Below are positions 55,029 to 64,000 of a stretch of DNA of 64,000 bases, piece after piece. The position numbers were made by a program, and so were the translations under genes. Every line of letters begins with the position of its first letter. The first letter of the stretch is position 1. The DNA is taken from positions 6,437 through 70,436 of the forward strand of contig JBFXAY010000015.1 in NCBI GenBank assembly GCA_050183815.1, written 5' to 3'. Source of the stretch: Gemmatimonadales bacterium (GTDB taxonomy: Bacteria; Gemmatimonadota; Gemmatimonadetes; Gemmatimonadales; GWC2-71-9). The notes beneath the pieces were generated by a model. It did no database searches. It saw only the letters and a list, made by a program, of their open reading frames with translations, and was not told where the DNA came from.

Positions 55029-56054
55029 ATGACGACCGCAACTCCTCCCGCCCGGAAGCCCTCGGAGTACGAATCGGACCAGGAAGTCCGCTGGTGCCCC
55101 GGCTGCGGCGACTACGCGATTCTCAAAGCAGTGCAGAAGACCTTGGCCGAGATCGGCGCGGAGAAGGAAAACACCGTGTTCGTCTCCGGGATCGGCTGCT
55201 CGTCCCGGTTTCCGTACTACGTCTCGACGTACGGATTCCACACGATCCACGGCCGGGCACCGGCCGTCGCCACCGGGCTCAAGCTGGCGAACCCGAAGCT
55301 CGACGTCTGGCTCGTGACCGGTGACGGCGACGGCCTCTCGATCGGCGGCAACCACCTGCTCCACGTGCTCCGCCGCAACGTGAACCTGCAGATCATGCTG
55401 TTCAACAACGAGATCTACGGGCTCACCAAGGGGCAGTATTCCCCGACCTCGCGGGTGGGCACCCGGTCACCCTCCACGCCGCTCGGCTCGGTGGACATGC
55501 CGCTGAGCCCGACGCTCTTCGCGCTCGGCGCCGGCGCCCGCTTCGTGGCCGTGGCGGTGGACACCCAGCTGGCCCACCTCGTTCAGACGCTCAAGCGGGC
55601 CCACGAGCACCAGGGGACCAGCTTCGTGGAGATCTTCCAGAACTGCGTCGTGTACAACGACGGCGTGTTCGACCAGTTCACCGAAAAAGCGGTGGCGCCG
55701 GACCGGCAGCTGCTGGCCGAGCACGGAAAGCCGCTGATTTTCGGCAAGGAGAAGAACCGGGGCCTCCGGCTCCGCCCGGGTACCTTCGACCTCGAGGTCG
55801 TCACGATCGGCGAGAACGGCGTCACCGAGGCGGACATCCTGGTCCACGACGAGCGAAACCGGACGATGGCAACGCTCCTCGGCTCGCTCCATCCGCCGGA
55901 GTTCCCTCAGGTGATCGGGGTGCTGTACTGCGTCCCGGGGGCGACGTACGAGGACGCGGTCTTTGCCCAGGTGGACCAGGCAGTCAAAGGTCCGGCGCCG
56001 AAGGACCTCAACGCGCTGATGCGGACCGGCCGGACCTGGTCGGTCGCGGGGTGA
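55029..56054 (+). CDS. korB: 2-oxoacid:ferredoxin oxidoreductase beta subunit
   Basis: 'WCPGCGD', 'SGIGCS', 'GDGD...IGGNH', 'YGLTKGQ'. Confidence 0.93.
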   Translation: MTTATPPARKPSEYESDQEVRWCPGCGDYAILKAVQKTLAEIGAEKENTVFVSGIGCSSRFPYYVSTYGFHTIHGRAPAVATGLKLANPKLDVWLVTGDGDGLSIGGNHLLHVLRRNVNLQIMLFNNEIYGLTKGQYSPTSRVGTRSPSTPLGSVDMPLSPTLFALGAGARFVAVAVDTQLAHLVQTLKRAHEHQGTSFVEIFQNCVVYNDGVFDQFTEKAVAPDRQLLAEHGKPLIFGKEKNRGLRLRPGTFDLEVVTIGENGVTEADILVHDERNRTMATLLGSLHPPEFPQVIGVLYCVPGATYEDAVFAQVDQAVKGPAPKDLNALMRTGRTWSVAG

Positions 56055-56287
56055 CGGTCGCGGCGGCGACATACCGGTTTCGGCACGAGGCCGAGTTGGC
56101 TCGTGCCGCGCTGGCGGCGGCCGGAATCGGCGCTGTGGTCGCCGCGGACGATGCCGGCGGGGCGTACGTCGGACTCCAGGGCGGTCTGACCGTGCGCCTG
56201 CTGGTAGCCGCCGAGGATCTCCCCGACGCCCTCGAAGTGCTCCGTGCCGAGGCCGACCCGCAGGATGGCGACGCCGACGGCGGCTGA
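56051..56287 (+). CDS. DUF2007-like small protein
   Basis: 'EAELAR..L..AGI', 'VRLLV..ED...A..VL'. Confidence 0.7.
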   Translation: MTVAAATYRFRHEAELARAALAAAGIGAVVAADDAGGAYVGLQGGLTVRLLVAAEDLPDALEVLRAEADPQDGDADGG

Positions 56288-56292
56288 GCCGG

Positions 56293-58992
56293 TCAGTCCG
56301 CCCGAAGTACCTCGCCCGGGGCGGCCCGGGCCGCTCGATACGCCGGCGCCAGACTGGCCGCCACCGCCACCAGCACCGTCAACACCACGACCACACCGAA
56401 CGTCGCCGGATCGGTAGGCGACACGCCCTCGAGGATCCGGCGCAGGAGCCGCGTCGTGACCAGCGCTAGCGCCACGCCGATCCCGACCCCGGCCCCCACC
56501 TGACGGATTCCCGAACCGAGTGCCAGACGGAGGAGCGTTCCCGGCCGGGCCCCCAACGCCGCCCGGATCCCGAACTCCTGCCGCCGGATGGCCACGGCAT
56601 GCGACACGATGCCGAAGATCCCGATCGCCGACAGCGCCAGGGCCATGAGGCCGAACAGGCCGAGGAGCCGCATCGCGAAGGCCGGCGCCGCGATGGCACC
56701 GGCCACGATCTCGTCCATGGTCCGAACCTCCGAAATCGGCAGGCGCGGATCGAGCCGGCGCACCGCCGCGCGCACCGGGGCGATCAGCGCGGCGGGATCC
56801 CCATCGGTCCGCACCACCAGGCTGAGGCTTCGAAGCACCCGGCCCGGCGCCCTCGCGAATTGTTCGGGCGTCACGTAGAAGGCCGGTTTCACCCGGCTCG
56901 TCAACGTGTTGTGCCGGGCGTCCTCGATCACGCCGACGATCCGGTACGGGGTCGGATTGGCATCGCCGCCGCCGCGGATCACGACCCCCGTCCCGAGCGC
57001 GGTCCGTCCCTCGAGGTATGACTCGACGAACGCCCGGTTCACGACCATCGCGAGCGGCCCGGCGAAGTCGTCGCCCGCGGCCAGGGCGCGGCCCTCGACC
57101 ACCCGGTACTGGAGCGCCGCAAAGGCCCCCGGGCTCACGATCTGCCAGTCCGCCTGGCTGCCCTGGTTCGGTGGCGGGACGTACCCCTCCACCCGCACAC
57201 CCCAGTCGCCCATTTCCGTCGCAAGAGGCAACAGCCGGATGCCACCGGCCGCCTTGACGCCGGGTATCCGGGAGATCTCGCCTTCGAGATTCTGCCAGAA
57301 CCCGGCAACGCTGGCACTGTCCTGATACCAGGTCGACGGCGTGGAGAGCCTCAGCGTCAGCATCCCGTCGGTCGCGAAACCCGGATCGATCGCGAGGAGT
57401 CCGCTGACCGAACGCACCAGAAGACCCGCTCCGGTCACGAGGACCACGGCCAGGGCCACTTCCGTCGTGACGAGAAGTTGGCGCCAGCGAAGCCGCCCGT
57501 GCCCCGCGGTGGCGCTGCGTCCGCCCTCCCGGAACTCCTCCGCCGGCGAGACCCGGGTGGCCTGGAGCGCGGGGAGGAGGCCGGTCAGCACCGCCGTGAG
57601 GGTGGCCACGATCAGGGCCGCGGCCATGAGCGGGACGTCGAGCGAGGCGTCCGCTACCCGGGCCAGCGAGGCCGGGGCGAATCGCTTGATGCCGCTCACG
57701 CCGAGCCAGGCGACCGCGATCCCCAGCAGCCCGCCGGCCACCGAGAGCAGCGCGCTCTCGGCGAACAGCAGGCGCATCAGCCGGGACTGCCCGGCACCGA
57801 GCGCCACCCGGACGGCCAGTTCGCGACGGCGGCGTTCGCCCCGGACCAGGAGCAGTCCGGCCACGTTGGCGCACGCGATCAGCAGCACCATCGCCACCGC
57901 GCCGAGGAGTATCAGGAGCGGCGTCCGGACACCACCGCTGACGAAGTCGACGACGGGAATCACGAACGCCCGAAACTCCCGCTCCGGGGTGAAAATCCCG
58001 TCCCGCACCAACTCGGCCACCCGGTCCCGCAACTGGGCGTTCGCCAGTTCGGGCGTGGCCCCGCGCGCCAGCCGAGCCACGCCGTAGAAGCCGTGACTCC
58101 CGCCGCCGCGGGCCATGGTCGGACCCGGGAGGGCGCCTTCCGCCTCGGCGTCCGTGGCGAGCGGCAGGTAGACGTCGGTGCGGCCGTCCGCGCCGTAATC
58201 GAGCGGGAGCCGGAACTGCGGGGGGAGCACCCCGACGATCGGCACCGACTCGCCGTTGACCTCGAGCGGCTTCCCGAGGACGCTCGCGTCACCCCCGAAG
58301 CGCCGGGACCACAGTTCGTAGCTGACGATCGCCACGCGGGCTCCGCCCGGGCGGTCCTCCGCGTCGGTGAAGCCGCGGCCAAGCCGTGGGGTCACCCCAA
58401 GCGTCGCCAGCAGGTTGTGGTCGATGGAGGCGGAGCGAACCCGCTCCGGCTGGTCGCCGCCGGTAAGGTTCACCGCGCCGTCGGACCAGATGGCCATACC
58501 GGTGAGGGATGGGATTTCCGCCCGCCACGCCTCGTATTCGTCGTAGGAGAGCCAGGTGCGATCGAACGCCCGCCACGCGCTCCAGACCGACACGACGGCG
58601 GCCGGATCCCGGTAGGGGAGCGGCGTCAGCAGTGCCGAGCGCACCACCGCGAACAGCGCGACCGTCGATCCCACCCCGAACGCGAGGGTGAGGAGCACCG
58701 TCGCGGTAAGGCCCTTCTCCCGCCGGAGCGACCGCCCCGCGAACGAGAGGTCCTTGAGCAGCGCATCGAGCCGCCGCCCTTCCCGTTCGTCGCGAACGGC
58801 GTCCGCCACGAGGGCGGTTCCGCCGAAGGCTCGCTCGGCGGCCTTTCTGGCTGTCGCCGGATCGGTACCCTGACGGATCCGGTACTCCGTTTCGAGGTCC
58901 AGATGATGCCGGATTTCTTCCGACAGTTCTCGGTCGGACCGCCGGCCCAGCACGGCGGCCAGCGTTTCCCGGATGCGGTGGAATAGCGGCAC
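56293..58992 (-). CDS. ADOP family duplicated MacB/FtsX-like ABC permease
   Basis: 'L.EEI..HL......G....A...A...FG', 'VLLIACANVA.LLL', 'R.E.A/GIR.ALGA' twice. Confidence 0.92.
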   Translation of the reverse strand: MPLFHRIRETLAAVLGRRSDRELSEEIRHHLDLETEYRIRQGTDPATARKAAERAFGGTALVADAVRDEREGRRLDALLKDLSFAGRSLRREKGLTATVLLTLAFGVGSTVALFAVVRSALLTPLPYRDPAAVVSVWSAWRAFDRTWLSYDEYEAWRAEIPSLTGMAIWSDGAVNLTGGDQPERVRSASIDHNLLATLGVTPRLGRGFTDAEDRPGGARVAIVSYELWSRRFGGDASVLGKPLEVNGESVPIVGVLPPQFRLPLDYGADGRTDVYLPLATDAEAEGALPGPTMARGGGSHGFYGVARLARGATPELANAQLRDRVAELVRDGIFTPEREFRAFVIPVVDFVSGGVRTPLLILLGAVAMVLLIACANVAGLLLVRGERRRRELAVRVALGAGQSRLMRLLFAESALLSVAGGLLGIAVAWLGVSGIKRFAPASLARVADASLDVPLMAAALIVATLTAVLTGLLPALQATRVSPAEEFREGGRSATAGHGRLRWRQLLVTTEVALAVVLVTGAGLLVRSVSGLLAIDPGFATDGMLTLRLSTPSTWYQDSASVAGFWQNLEGEISRIPGVKAAGGIRLLPLATEMGDWGVRVEGYVPPPNQGSQADWQIVSPGAFAALQYRVVEGRALAAGDDFAGPLAMVVNRAFVESYLEGRTALGTGVVIRGGGDANPTPYRIVGVIEDARHNTLTSRVKPAFYVTPEQFARAPGRVLRSLSLVVRTDGDPAALIAPVRAAVRRLDPRLPISEVRTMDEIVAGAIAAPAFAMRLLGLFGLMALALSAIGIFGIVSHAVAIRRQEFGIRAALGARPGTLLRLALGSGIRQVGAGVGIGVALALVTTRLLRRILEGVSPTDPATFGVVVVLTVLVAVAASLAPAYRAARAAPGEVLRAD

Positions 58993-59001
58993 GGGGTCTC
59001 C

Positions 59002-59334
59002 TCAGACGAAGGCGAGGACTCGTTCGACGGCGCCGGCCGACCGCCGCCAGTCCTCGACCGCCGCGCCCAGGGCCCGGCGGCCGGCCGCGGTCAGGTGGTA
59101 ATACCGGGCCCGGCGGTTGTTCTCGCTGGCGCGCCACTCGGCCCGGACGAGCCCTCGCCGTAAGAGGCGCTGGAGTGCGGGATAGAGCGACCCCTGGTTG
59201 ACGTCGAACACGTCACCGGAGATCTGCCGGAGGCGGAAGGAGAGCCCCCACCCGTGGGACGACTCGAGGGTGAGGAGCTTGAGGATCAGCATCTCCAGGG
59301 TGCCCTGGAGGACTTCGGAACGGGGATCGGCCAT
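59002..59334 (-). CDS. PadR family regulator (acidobacterial ADOP-associated type)
   Basis: 'LQGTL.MLILK.L', 'V.QGSLYPAL.RL', 'SENNRRARYY.LT'. Confidence 0.93.
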   Translation of the reverse strand: MADPRSEVLQGTLEMLILKLLTLESSHGWGLSFRLRQISGDVFDVNQGSLYPALQRLLRRGLVRAEWRASENNRRARYYHLTAAGRRALGAAVEDWRRSAGAVERVLAFV

Positions 59335-59361
59335 GCTCCTTTAGACGAGCTAAAGGAGCAT
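59333..59361 (-). promoter_or_regulatory. 12-bp perfect inverted repeat over the padR RBS and start codon
   Basis: ATGCTCCTTTAG-N5-CTAAAGGAGCAT. Confidence 0.7.
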
Positions 59362-59372
59362 TTTGTTGCAAC

Positions 59373-60644
59373 TCAGGCCTTGCCGTCCAGCTTCTCGATC
59401 GTCGCTGCCGACGGCGGCCGGCTGGCCCGGAGCCGCGCCGCCACGGCCTCCACCTGCTTCATGACCCGGAGGAAGTTGCCACCCAGGAACTTCTTTACGT
59501 CGTCGTCACTCCAGCCCCGCCGCAGCAGCTCCGCCGTGAGATAGGGATACCGCGACACGTCGTCGAGACCGATCGGGTGCTGGCCCAGCGAGCCGAAATC
59601 GGCCCCCATCCCGACGTGGTCGATCCCGGCCACCCGGCGGATATGGTCGATGTGGTCCGCCACCTCAGCCAGGGTTGCTTCGTGGGTCTTGAAGTCCTTG
59701 AGCCATTCGCCGAAGGCCCGGGAGGCCGCCTCCGGATCGTTCGGGAATTGCGCCTTGAACTCGCGCTCCTTCTGGAGCACGTTTGCCGCCTCCTTCGCGG
59801 CCACCGGGTTGATGAACCCGGGGAACAGGTTGACCATCACGATGCCGCCGTTGGCCTCGAGCCTGGTCAGAATGCTGTCCGGGACGTTGCGCACGTGGTC
59901 CGCCAGGGCCCGCGCGGAGGAATGACTGAAGATCACCGGCGCTTCCGACACCCGGAGCGCATCGGACATCGTTCCGTCCGACACGTGGGAAATGTCCACC
60001 ATCATGCCGAGCCGGTTCATTTCGCGGACGACTTCCTCGCCGAACCGGGACAGGCCGCCGTGCCGGGCCACGTCGGTGGCCGCGTCCGCCCACGGGGTGG
60101 TCCCGCTGTGAGTCAGCGTCATGTAGCGGACGCCAAGGTCGAAGAACATTCGCAGGGTAGCGAGCGAGTTCTCGATCGCGTGGCCGCCCTCGATCCCGAT
60201 CAGGGACGCGATCTTGCCCGACCGGTGGATCCGCTCGATATCGGCCGCCGTCGTGGCGAACTCGAGCGCCGGCGATCGATCCGACATCCGGCGGATGACG
60301 TCGATCTGCTCCAGGGTGAACTGGGCGGCACCCGCGCCGATGAACGACGACGGCACGTAGGCCGCCCAGAACTGGGCTCCCACGCCACCGGCCTTGAGCC
60401 GCGGGATGTCGGTATCGATCGCCGCCAGCGGGCGATCCGGATCGGTCCGATCGAGGTCGTTGCCGCCGGTCTCTCGGAGGGCCGCCGGCAGGTCGTTATG
60501 GGTGTCGACCATCGGCACGGCGCGGTGGAGCGCGCGGGCCCGGGCCAGCAGGGTCAGCGAGTCGGGGCGCTGGGCGAACCCGGGTGCCGCGATTCCGGCA
60601 CCGAAGACGAGGACCGCGGCGGCGGTCCGCAGGACGGCATTCAT
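59373..60644 (-). CDS. M19 membrane dipeptidase, canonical
   Basis: DTHND, 'IEGGH', 'TLTH', 'DISH', 'FSHS', 'GADF'. Confidence 0.92.
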   Translation of the reverse strand: MNAVLRTAAAVLVFGAGIAAPGFAQRPDSLTLLARARALHRAVPMVDTHNDLPAALRETGGNDLDRTDPDRPLAAIDTDIPRLKAGGVGAQFWAAYVPSSFIGAGAAQFTLEQIDVIRRMSDRSPALEFATTAADIERIHRSGKIASLIGIEGGHAIENSLATLRMFFDLGVRYMTLTHSGTTPWADAATDVARHGGLSRFGEEVVREMNRLGMMVDISHVSDGTMSDALRVSEAPVIFSHSSARALADHVRNVPDSILTRLEANGGIVMVNLFPGFINPVAAKEAANVLQKEREFKAQFPNDPEAASRAFGEWLKDFKTHEATLAEVADHIDHIRRVAGIDHVGMGADFGSLGQHPIGLDDVSRYPYLTAELLRRGWSDDDVKKFLGGNFLRVMKQVEAVAARLRASRPPSAATIEKLDGKA

Positions 60645-60798
60645 TGCTGCTCCGGCGAATCGGGAACGGGACGGAATGGGATACGGTAACCCGGCCAGCC
60701 GAAGGCTGCCAGAGCGGTCGGCCCGGGGCGGGCATCCCGTTCCGTCCCCGGCACGCGGGGTCTATGTTCCGGTTGCCCATCGCCCCCCTTCTCAGGAC

Positions 60799-62400
60799 AT
60801 GATGACGCCTTCATCCCGCCTCTTCGCGAGCCTGACCCTCTGCGCCGCGGCGCTCGCCTGCGCCCCGGCGGCTCAGCAGCCGGTTCCTCAGGGCGGCAAG
60901 CCGACGCTGTTGGTCTTCCTCACGATCGACCAGATGCGGCCGGATTACGTGGACCGGTTCCGCCCGCAGCTGCACGGGGGCCTCGACCGGCTCTTTTCCG
61001 GCGGGGCGGTGTTCACCGACGGCCATCACGATCACGCGATCACCGAGACGGCACCGGGCCATGCGACCACGATGTCCGGCCGGTATCCGCGCAGCACCGG
61101 GATCACCCGGAACATCGCCGGCGTCAACGATCGCAATTCGCCCCTGATCGGGGCGCGCGATCTCGGGGCCTCGCCGTTCCGGTTCCGGGGGACCACGCTC
61201 ACCGACTGGCTCACGGCGGCGGATTCGCGCACCCGGGCGCTGTCGGTCTCGGCCAAGGACCGCGCCGCCATCCTCCCGATCGGCCGCTCGAAACAGCAGG
61301 TCTATTGGTACGCCAACAACGGCCTGTTCACGACCAGCGTCTACTACCGGGATACCCTTCCCGAGTGGGTGACGCAGTTCAATGCGCTCCGGCTGCCGCA
61401 GCGCTACGCGGGCAGGGCCTGGACGACGCTCCTCGCGGATCGTGAATACCCGGACGCGGACAGCGTTCCGTTCGAGACGCTCGACCACAAAGACATCGCC
61501 TTCCCGCACCGGTTCCCGGCCGATTCCGCCGCCGCGGCCGCCGCCGTGCGGTTCACGCCGATGATCGATGAGCTGACTCTCCGGCTCGCCCTCACCGGTC
61601 TCCGGAAGCTCGATCTCGGCCGCGGGCCGGAGATCGACGTGCTCGCGATCTCGCTCTCAGCGACGGACTATGTCGGCCACTTCTTCGGACCGGAGTCCAA
61701 GGAGCAACACGACCAGATTCTCCGGCTCGATCGCGTCCTGGGCGCGTTCTTCGACACCCTCTATACCTTGCGTGACTCGTCCCGGATCGTGGTCGCCCTC
61801 ACCGCGGATCATGGTGTCGGCCTGATTCCGGAGCTGCACGGGCACCGGCGCGTGGCCATGGGACCGGCCATGGCGGCGGCCCGGGCCGCGATCGCGGCGG
61901 CCGGCGGCGACACGACGGCCCTCGACCTGGAAAGCGGAGCGTTCTTCGTGGAGAAGGACCGCCTGGGAGGTCGCGGCCTGACGGTGGACCGGGTGGTCGA
62001 CGCCTTCATGCCCGCGGCTCGCGACATTCCGGGCGTCGCCCGGGTGGAGCGCTACCAGGACCTGGCCACCCACGACACCACGACCGACTACGTGGCCCGC
62101 CGCTGGCTCCACATGTTTCCGGAGGACATGCGGCCGGACGCGGTGGTGACCCTCGCCCCAGGCGACATCTACGATTACCCGATCGTCGCCACCCATGGCT
62201 CGCCCAACCTCTACGATTCGCACGTGCCGATGGTCTTCTACGGGCCGCCCTTCAAGCCCGGGAAATACCCCCGCCCCGTTCGGACGGTGGACATCGCCCC
62301 CACGCTGGCCCGGGTTCTTGGCGTTACCCCCGCGGAGCGGCTCGACGGCCGTCCGCTGACGGAGGCGCTCAAGCCGGTCGCGCCCGGCCCGGGGAACTAG
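60799..62400 (+). CDS. Alkaline phosphatase family lipoprotein (PafA-like)
   Basis: Lipobox ALAC, 'IDQMR.DY', 'T.TAPGHAT' (Thr nucleophile), 'KDR.AI', 'D.VGH', 'ADHG', 'HG'. Confidence 0.88.
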   Translation: MMTPSSRLFASLTLCAAALACAPAAQQPVPQGGKPTLLVFLTIDQMRPDYVDRFRPQLHGGLDRLFSGGAVFTDGHHDHAITETAPGHATTMSGRYPRSTGITRNIAGVNDRNSPLIGARDLGASPFRFRGTTLTDWLTAADSRTRALSVSAKDRAAILPIGRSKQQVYWYANNGLFTTSVYYRDTLPEWVTQFNALRLPQRYAGRAWTTLLADREYPDADSVPFETLDHKDIAFPHRFPADSAAAAAAVRFTPMIDELTLRLALTGLRKLDLGRGPEIDVLAISLSATDYVGHFFGPESKEQHDQILRLDRVLGAFFDTLYTLRDSSRIVVALTADHGVGLIPELHGHRRVAMGPAMAAARAAIAAAGGDTTALDLESGAFFVEKDRLGGRGLTVDRVVDAFMPAARDIPGVARVERYQDLATHDTTTDYVARRWLHMFPEDMRPDAVVTLAPGDIYDYPIVATHGSPNLYDSHVPMVFYGPPFKPGKYPRPVRTVDIAPTLARVLGVTPAERLDGRPLTEALKPVAPGPGN

Positions 62401-63272
62401 CTGAAGAACTGGCGGAGCTCGGCCTCGGTCTCGGCCGGGGCCTCCTCCGCCAGGTAGTGGCCGCAGGGCAGCGCCCGTCCGGTGACTGACCAGGCCCGGT
62501 CGCGCCAGTCGTCGAGCGGCTGGAAGCAGCGCTCCACCACGCCGTGCTCGCCCCAGAGAACCAGCAGCGGCGCGGCAATGCGGCGATGCAGATCGTCTTC
62601 GTCGTGTTCGAGATCGATCGTGGCCGCCGCCCGATAGTCCTCGCACGACGCATGGATCGTGGCGGGATCGCGGAACGCCACCCGGTACTGGCCGAGCGCC
62701 ACGGGATCGAAGGCGGCCAACCCGGCGTGGCGGCTGCCGAGGTGGCGGGTGACGAAAAAGTCCGGGTCGGCCCCGATCAGCTGTTCCGGCAGCGGCGCCG
62801 GTTGAATCAGGAAGAACCAGTGGTAGTACGCTTCGGCGAACACCCGGTCGGTCTTCGCGTACATCGTCCGGGTCGGGACGATGTCGAGCAACGCGAGCCG
62901 GTCGATGCGATCCTCGTGGTCGAGCGCCATCCGATGCGCCACCCGGCCGCCGCGGTCATGTCCGGCGACGCTGAAGCGGCTGAAGCCGAGGGACGTCATG
63001 ACCCGGACCTGATCGGCGGCCATGGCCCGCTTCGAGTAGGCGCTGTGGTCGGGCGGGCCCTCGGGCTTGCTGCTCGCCCCATAGCCGCGCAGGTCGGTTG
63101 CCACGACCGTGAAATCGCGGGCGAGTGCGGGCGCAATCCGGTGCCACATCGCATGGGTCTGGGGATAGCCGTGCAGCAACAGCAGGGGCGGGCCCGAGCC
63201 GCCGATCACGCCTCGAATCACTACGTCGCCGACATCGAACCAGCGGACTTCGAACCCGGGAAAGAGCGTCAT
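62397..63272 (-). CDS. Haloacetate/fluoroacetate dehalogenase-like alpha/beta hydrolase
   Basis: 'HGYPQ', 'GHDRGGRV', 'YYHWFF', 'CEDYRA', 'GHYLAEE'. Confidence 0.85.
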   Translation of the reverse strand: MTLFPGFEVRWFDVGDVVIRGVIGGSGPPLLLLHGYPQTHAMWHRIAPALARDFTVVATDLRGYGASSKPEGPPDHSAYSKRAMAADQVRVMTSLGFSRFSVAGHDRGGRVAHRMALDHEDRIDRLALLDIVPTRTMYAKTDRVFAEAYYHWFFLIQPAPLPEQLIGADPDFFVTRHLGSRHAGLAAFDPVALGQYRVAFRDPATIHASCEDYRAAATIDLEHDEDDLHRRIAAPLLVLWGEHGVVERCFQPLDDWRDRAWSVTGRALPCGHYLAEEAPAETEAELRQFFS

Positions 63273-64000
63273 GCAGAGAGAGCGCGGATCAGGGCCTCGG
63301 TGACCTGGTCGGTGCCGGCATTGCCGCCGAGATCGGGCGTCAGCGCGGTCCTCCGGGCCAGAACGGTTTCGACGGCCCGCTCCACCCGGCGGGCAGCGTC
63401 GGTTTCCCCAAGATGCATCAGCATCATCGCACCCGCCAGCACGGCCGCCACCGGGTTGGCAATTCCCTGGCCCGCGATGTCGGGCGCGGAACCATGAACC
63501 GGCTCGAACATGCTGGGCGCTCGCCGGGTTGGGTCGAGGTTGGCACTCGGCGCGAGGCCGATGCTCCCGGTCACGGCGGCGGCCAGATCAGACAGAATGT
63601 CGCCGAACAGGTTGCTGGCCACCACGACGTCGAATCGGCTTGGCCGGCGGACCAGTTCCATCGCCGCGGCGTCCACCAGCAGCGACGCCGTTCCGATGGT
63701 CGGATGCCGGCTGGCCACCTCCTGGAACACCTCGTCCCAGAGCACCATGCCGAAGCGCTGGGCGTTGCTCTTGGTGATCGAGGTGACGTGGCCGCGGCGG
63801 CCGGCGGCCAGCGTGAAGGCGGCGTCGATGATCCGCCGGCACCCCTCCCGGGTGAAGACGTTCACCTGGGTCGCGACCTCCTGCCCCGAGGCGTCGATCC
63901 CGCGTTCGCCGCGATCGGCGTACTCGCCTTCGGTATTCTCCCGAACGATCAGGAGATCGATCATCCCCGGAGCGGCGAGCGGCGAGGCGATGCCCGGGAA
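63269..64000 (-). CDS. Tartrate/isopropylmalate/isocitrate dehydrogenase family (5' end outside the window)
   Basis: 'RENTEGEY', 'KSNA', 'SNLFGDILSDL', 'FEPVHGSAPDIAG'. Confidence 0.9.
   Translation of the reverse strand, partial: FPGIASPLAAPGMIDLLIVRENTEGEYADRGERGIDASGQEVATQVNVFTREGCRRIIDAAFTLAAGRRGHVTSITKSNAQRFGMVLWDEVFQEVASRHPTIGTASLLVDAAAMELVRRPSRFDVVVASNLFGDILSDLAAAVTGSIGLAPSANLDPTRRAPSMFEPVHGSAPDIAGQGIANPVAAVLAGAMMLMHLGETDAARRVERAVETVLARRTALTPDLGGNAGTDQVTEALIRALSA

Noticed and set aside
1-64000. CRISPR arrays, tRNA/rRNA, IS elements, prophage
   Set aside because: No regularly spaced repeats, RNA gene signatures, transposase or phage genes seen. Intergenic gaps are all short.

Overview
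A GC-rich, densely coding bacterial window. The gene content (VPS10-type hydrolase, PD40-amidohydrolase, ADOP permease with PadR, many secreted hydrolases) suggests Gemmatimonadota or an Acidobacteriota-like organism; this is inferred, not proven. It holds about 53 genes, mostly on the + strand and often translationally coupled: signalling proteins, secreted hydrolases, a GMC/cytochrome c redox cluster, a small toxin-antitoxin-rich patch (33.4-37.1 kb), an ECF sigma/anti-sigma/TonB-dependent receptor/lipoprotein module, korAB, ADOP-PadR and a haloacetate dehalogenase-like gene. I found no rRNA, tRNA, CRISPR array, transposase or integrase. The most unusual element is the two-gene operon at 532-6632. 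It encodes a full phosphorelay architecture (CHASE4-like sensor, HAMP, PAS, HisKA, HATPase, REC, four Hpt-like domains) in intact frames, yet every phosphoacceptor except one His is substituted. It also carries a ~390-aa lysine-free acidic disordered linker and sits behind the only strongly AT-rich region of the window. This is a candidate phosphorylation-independent signalling or scaffold system. All domain calls come from motif recognition by eye, without database searches.
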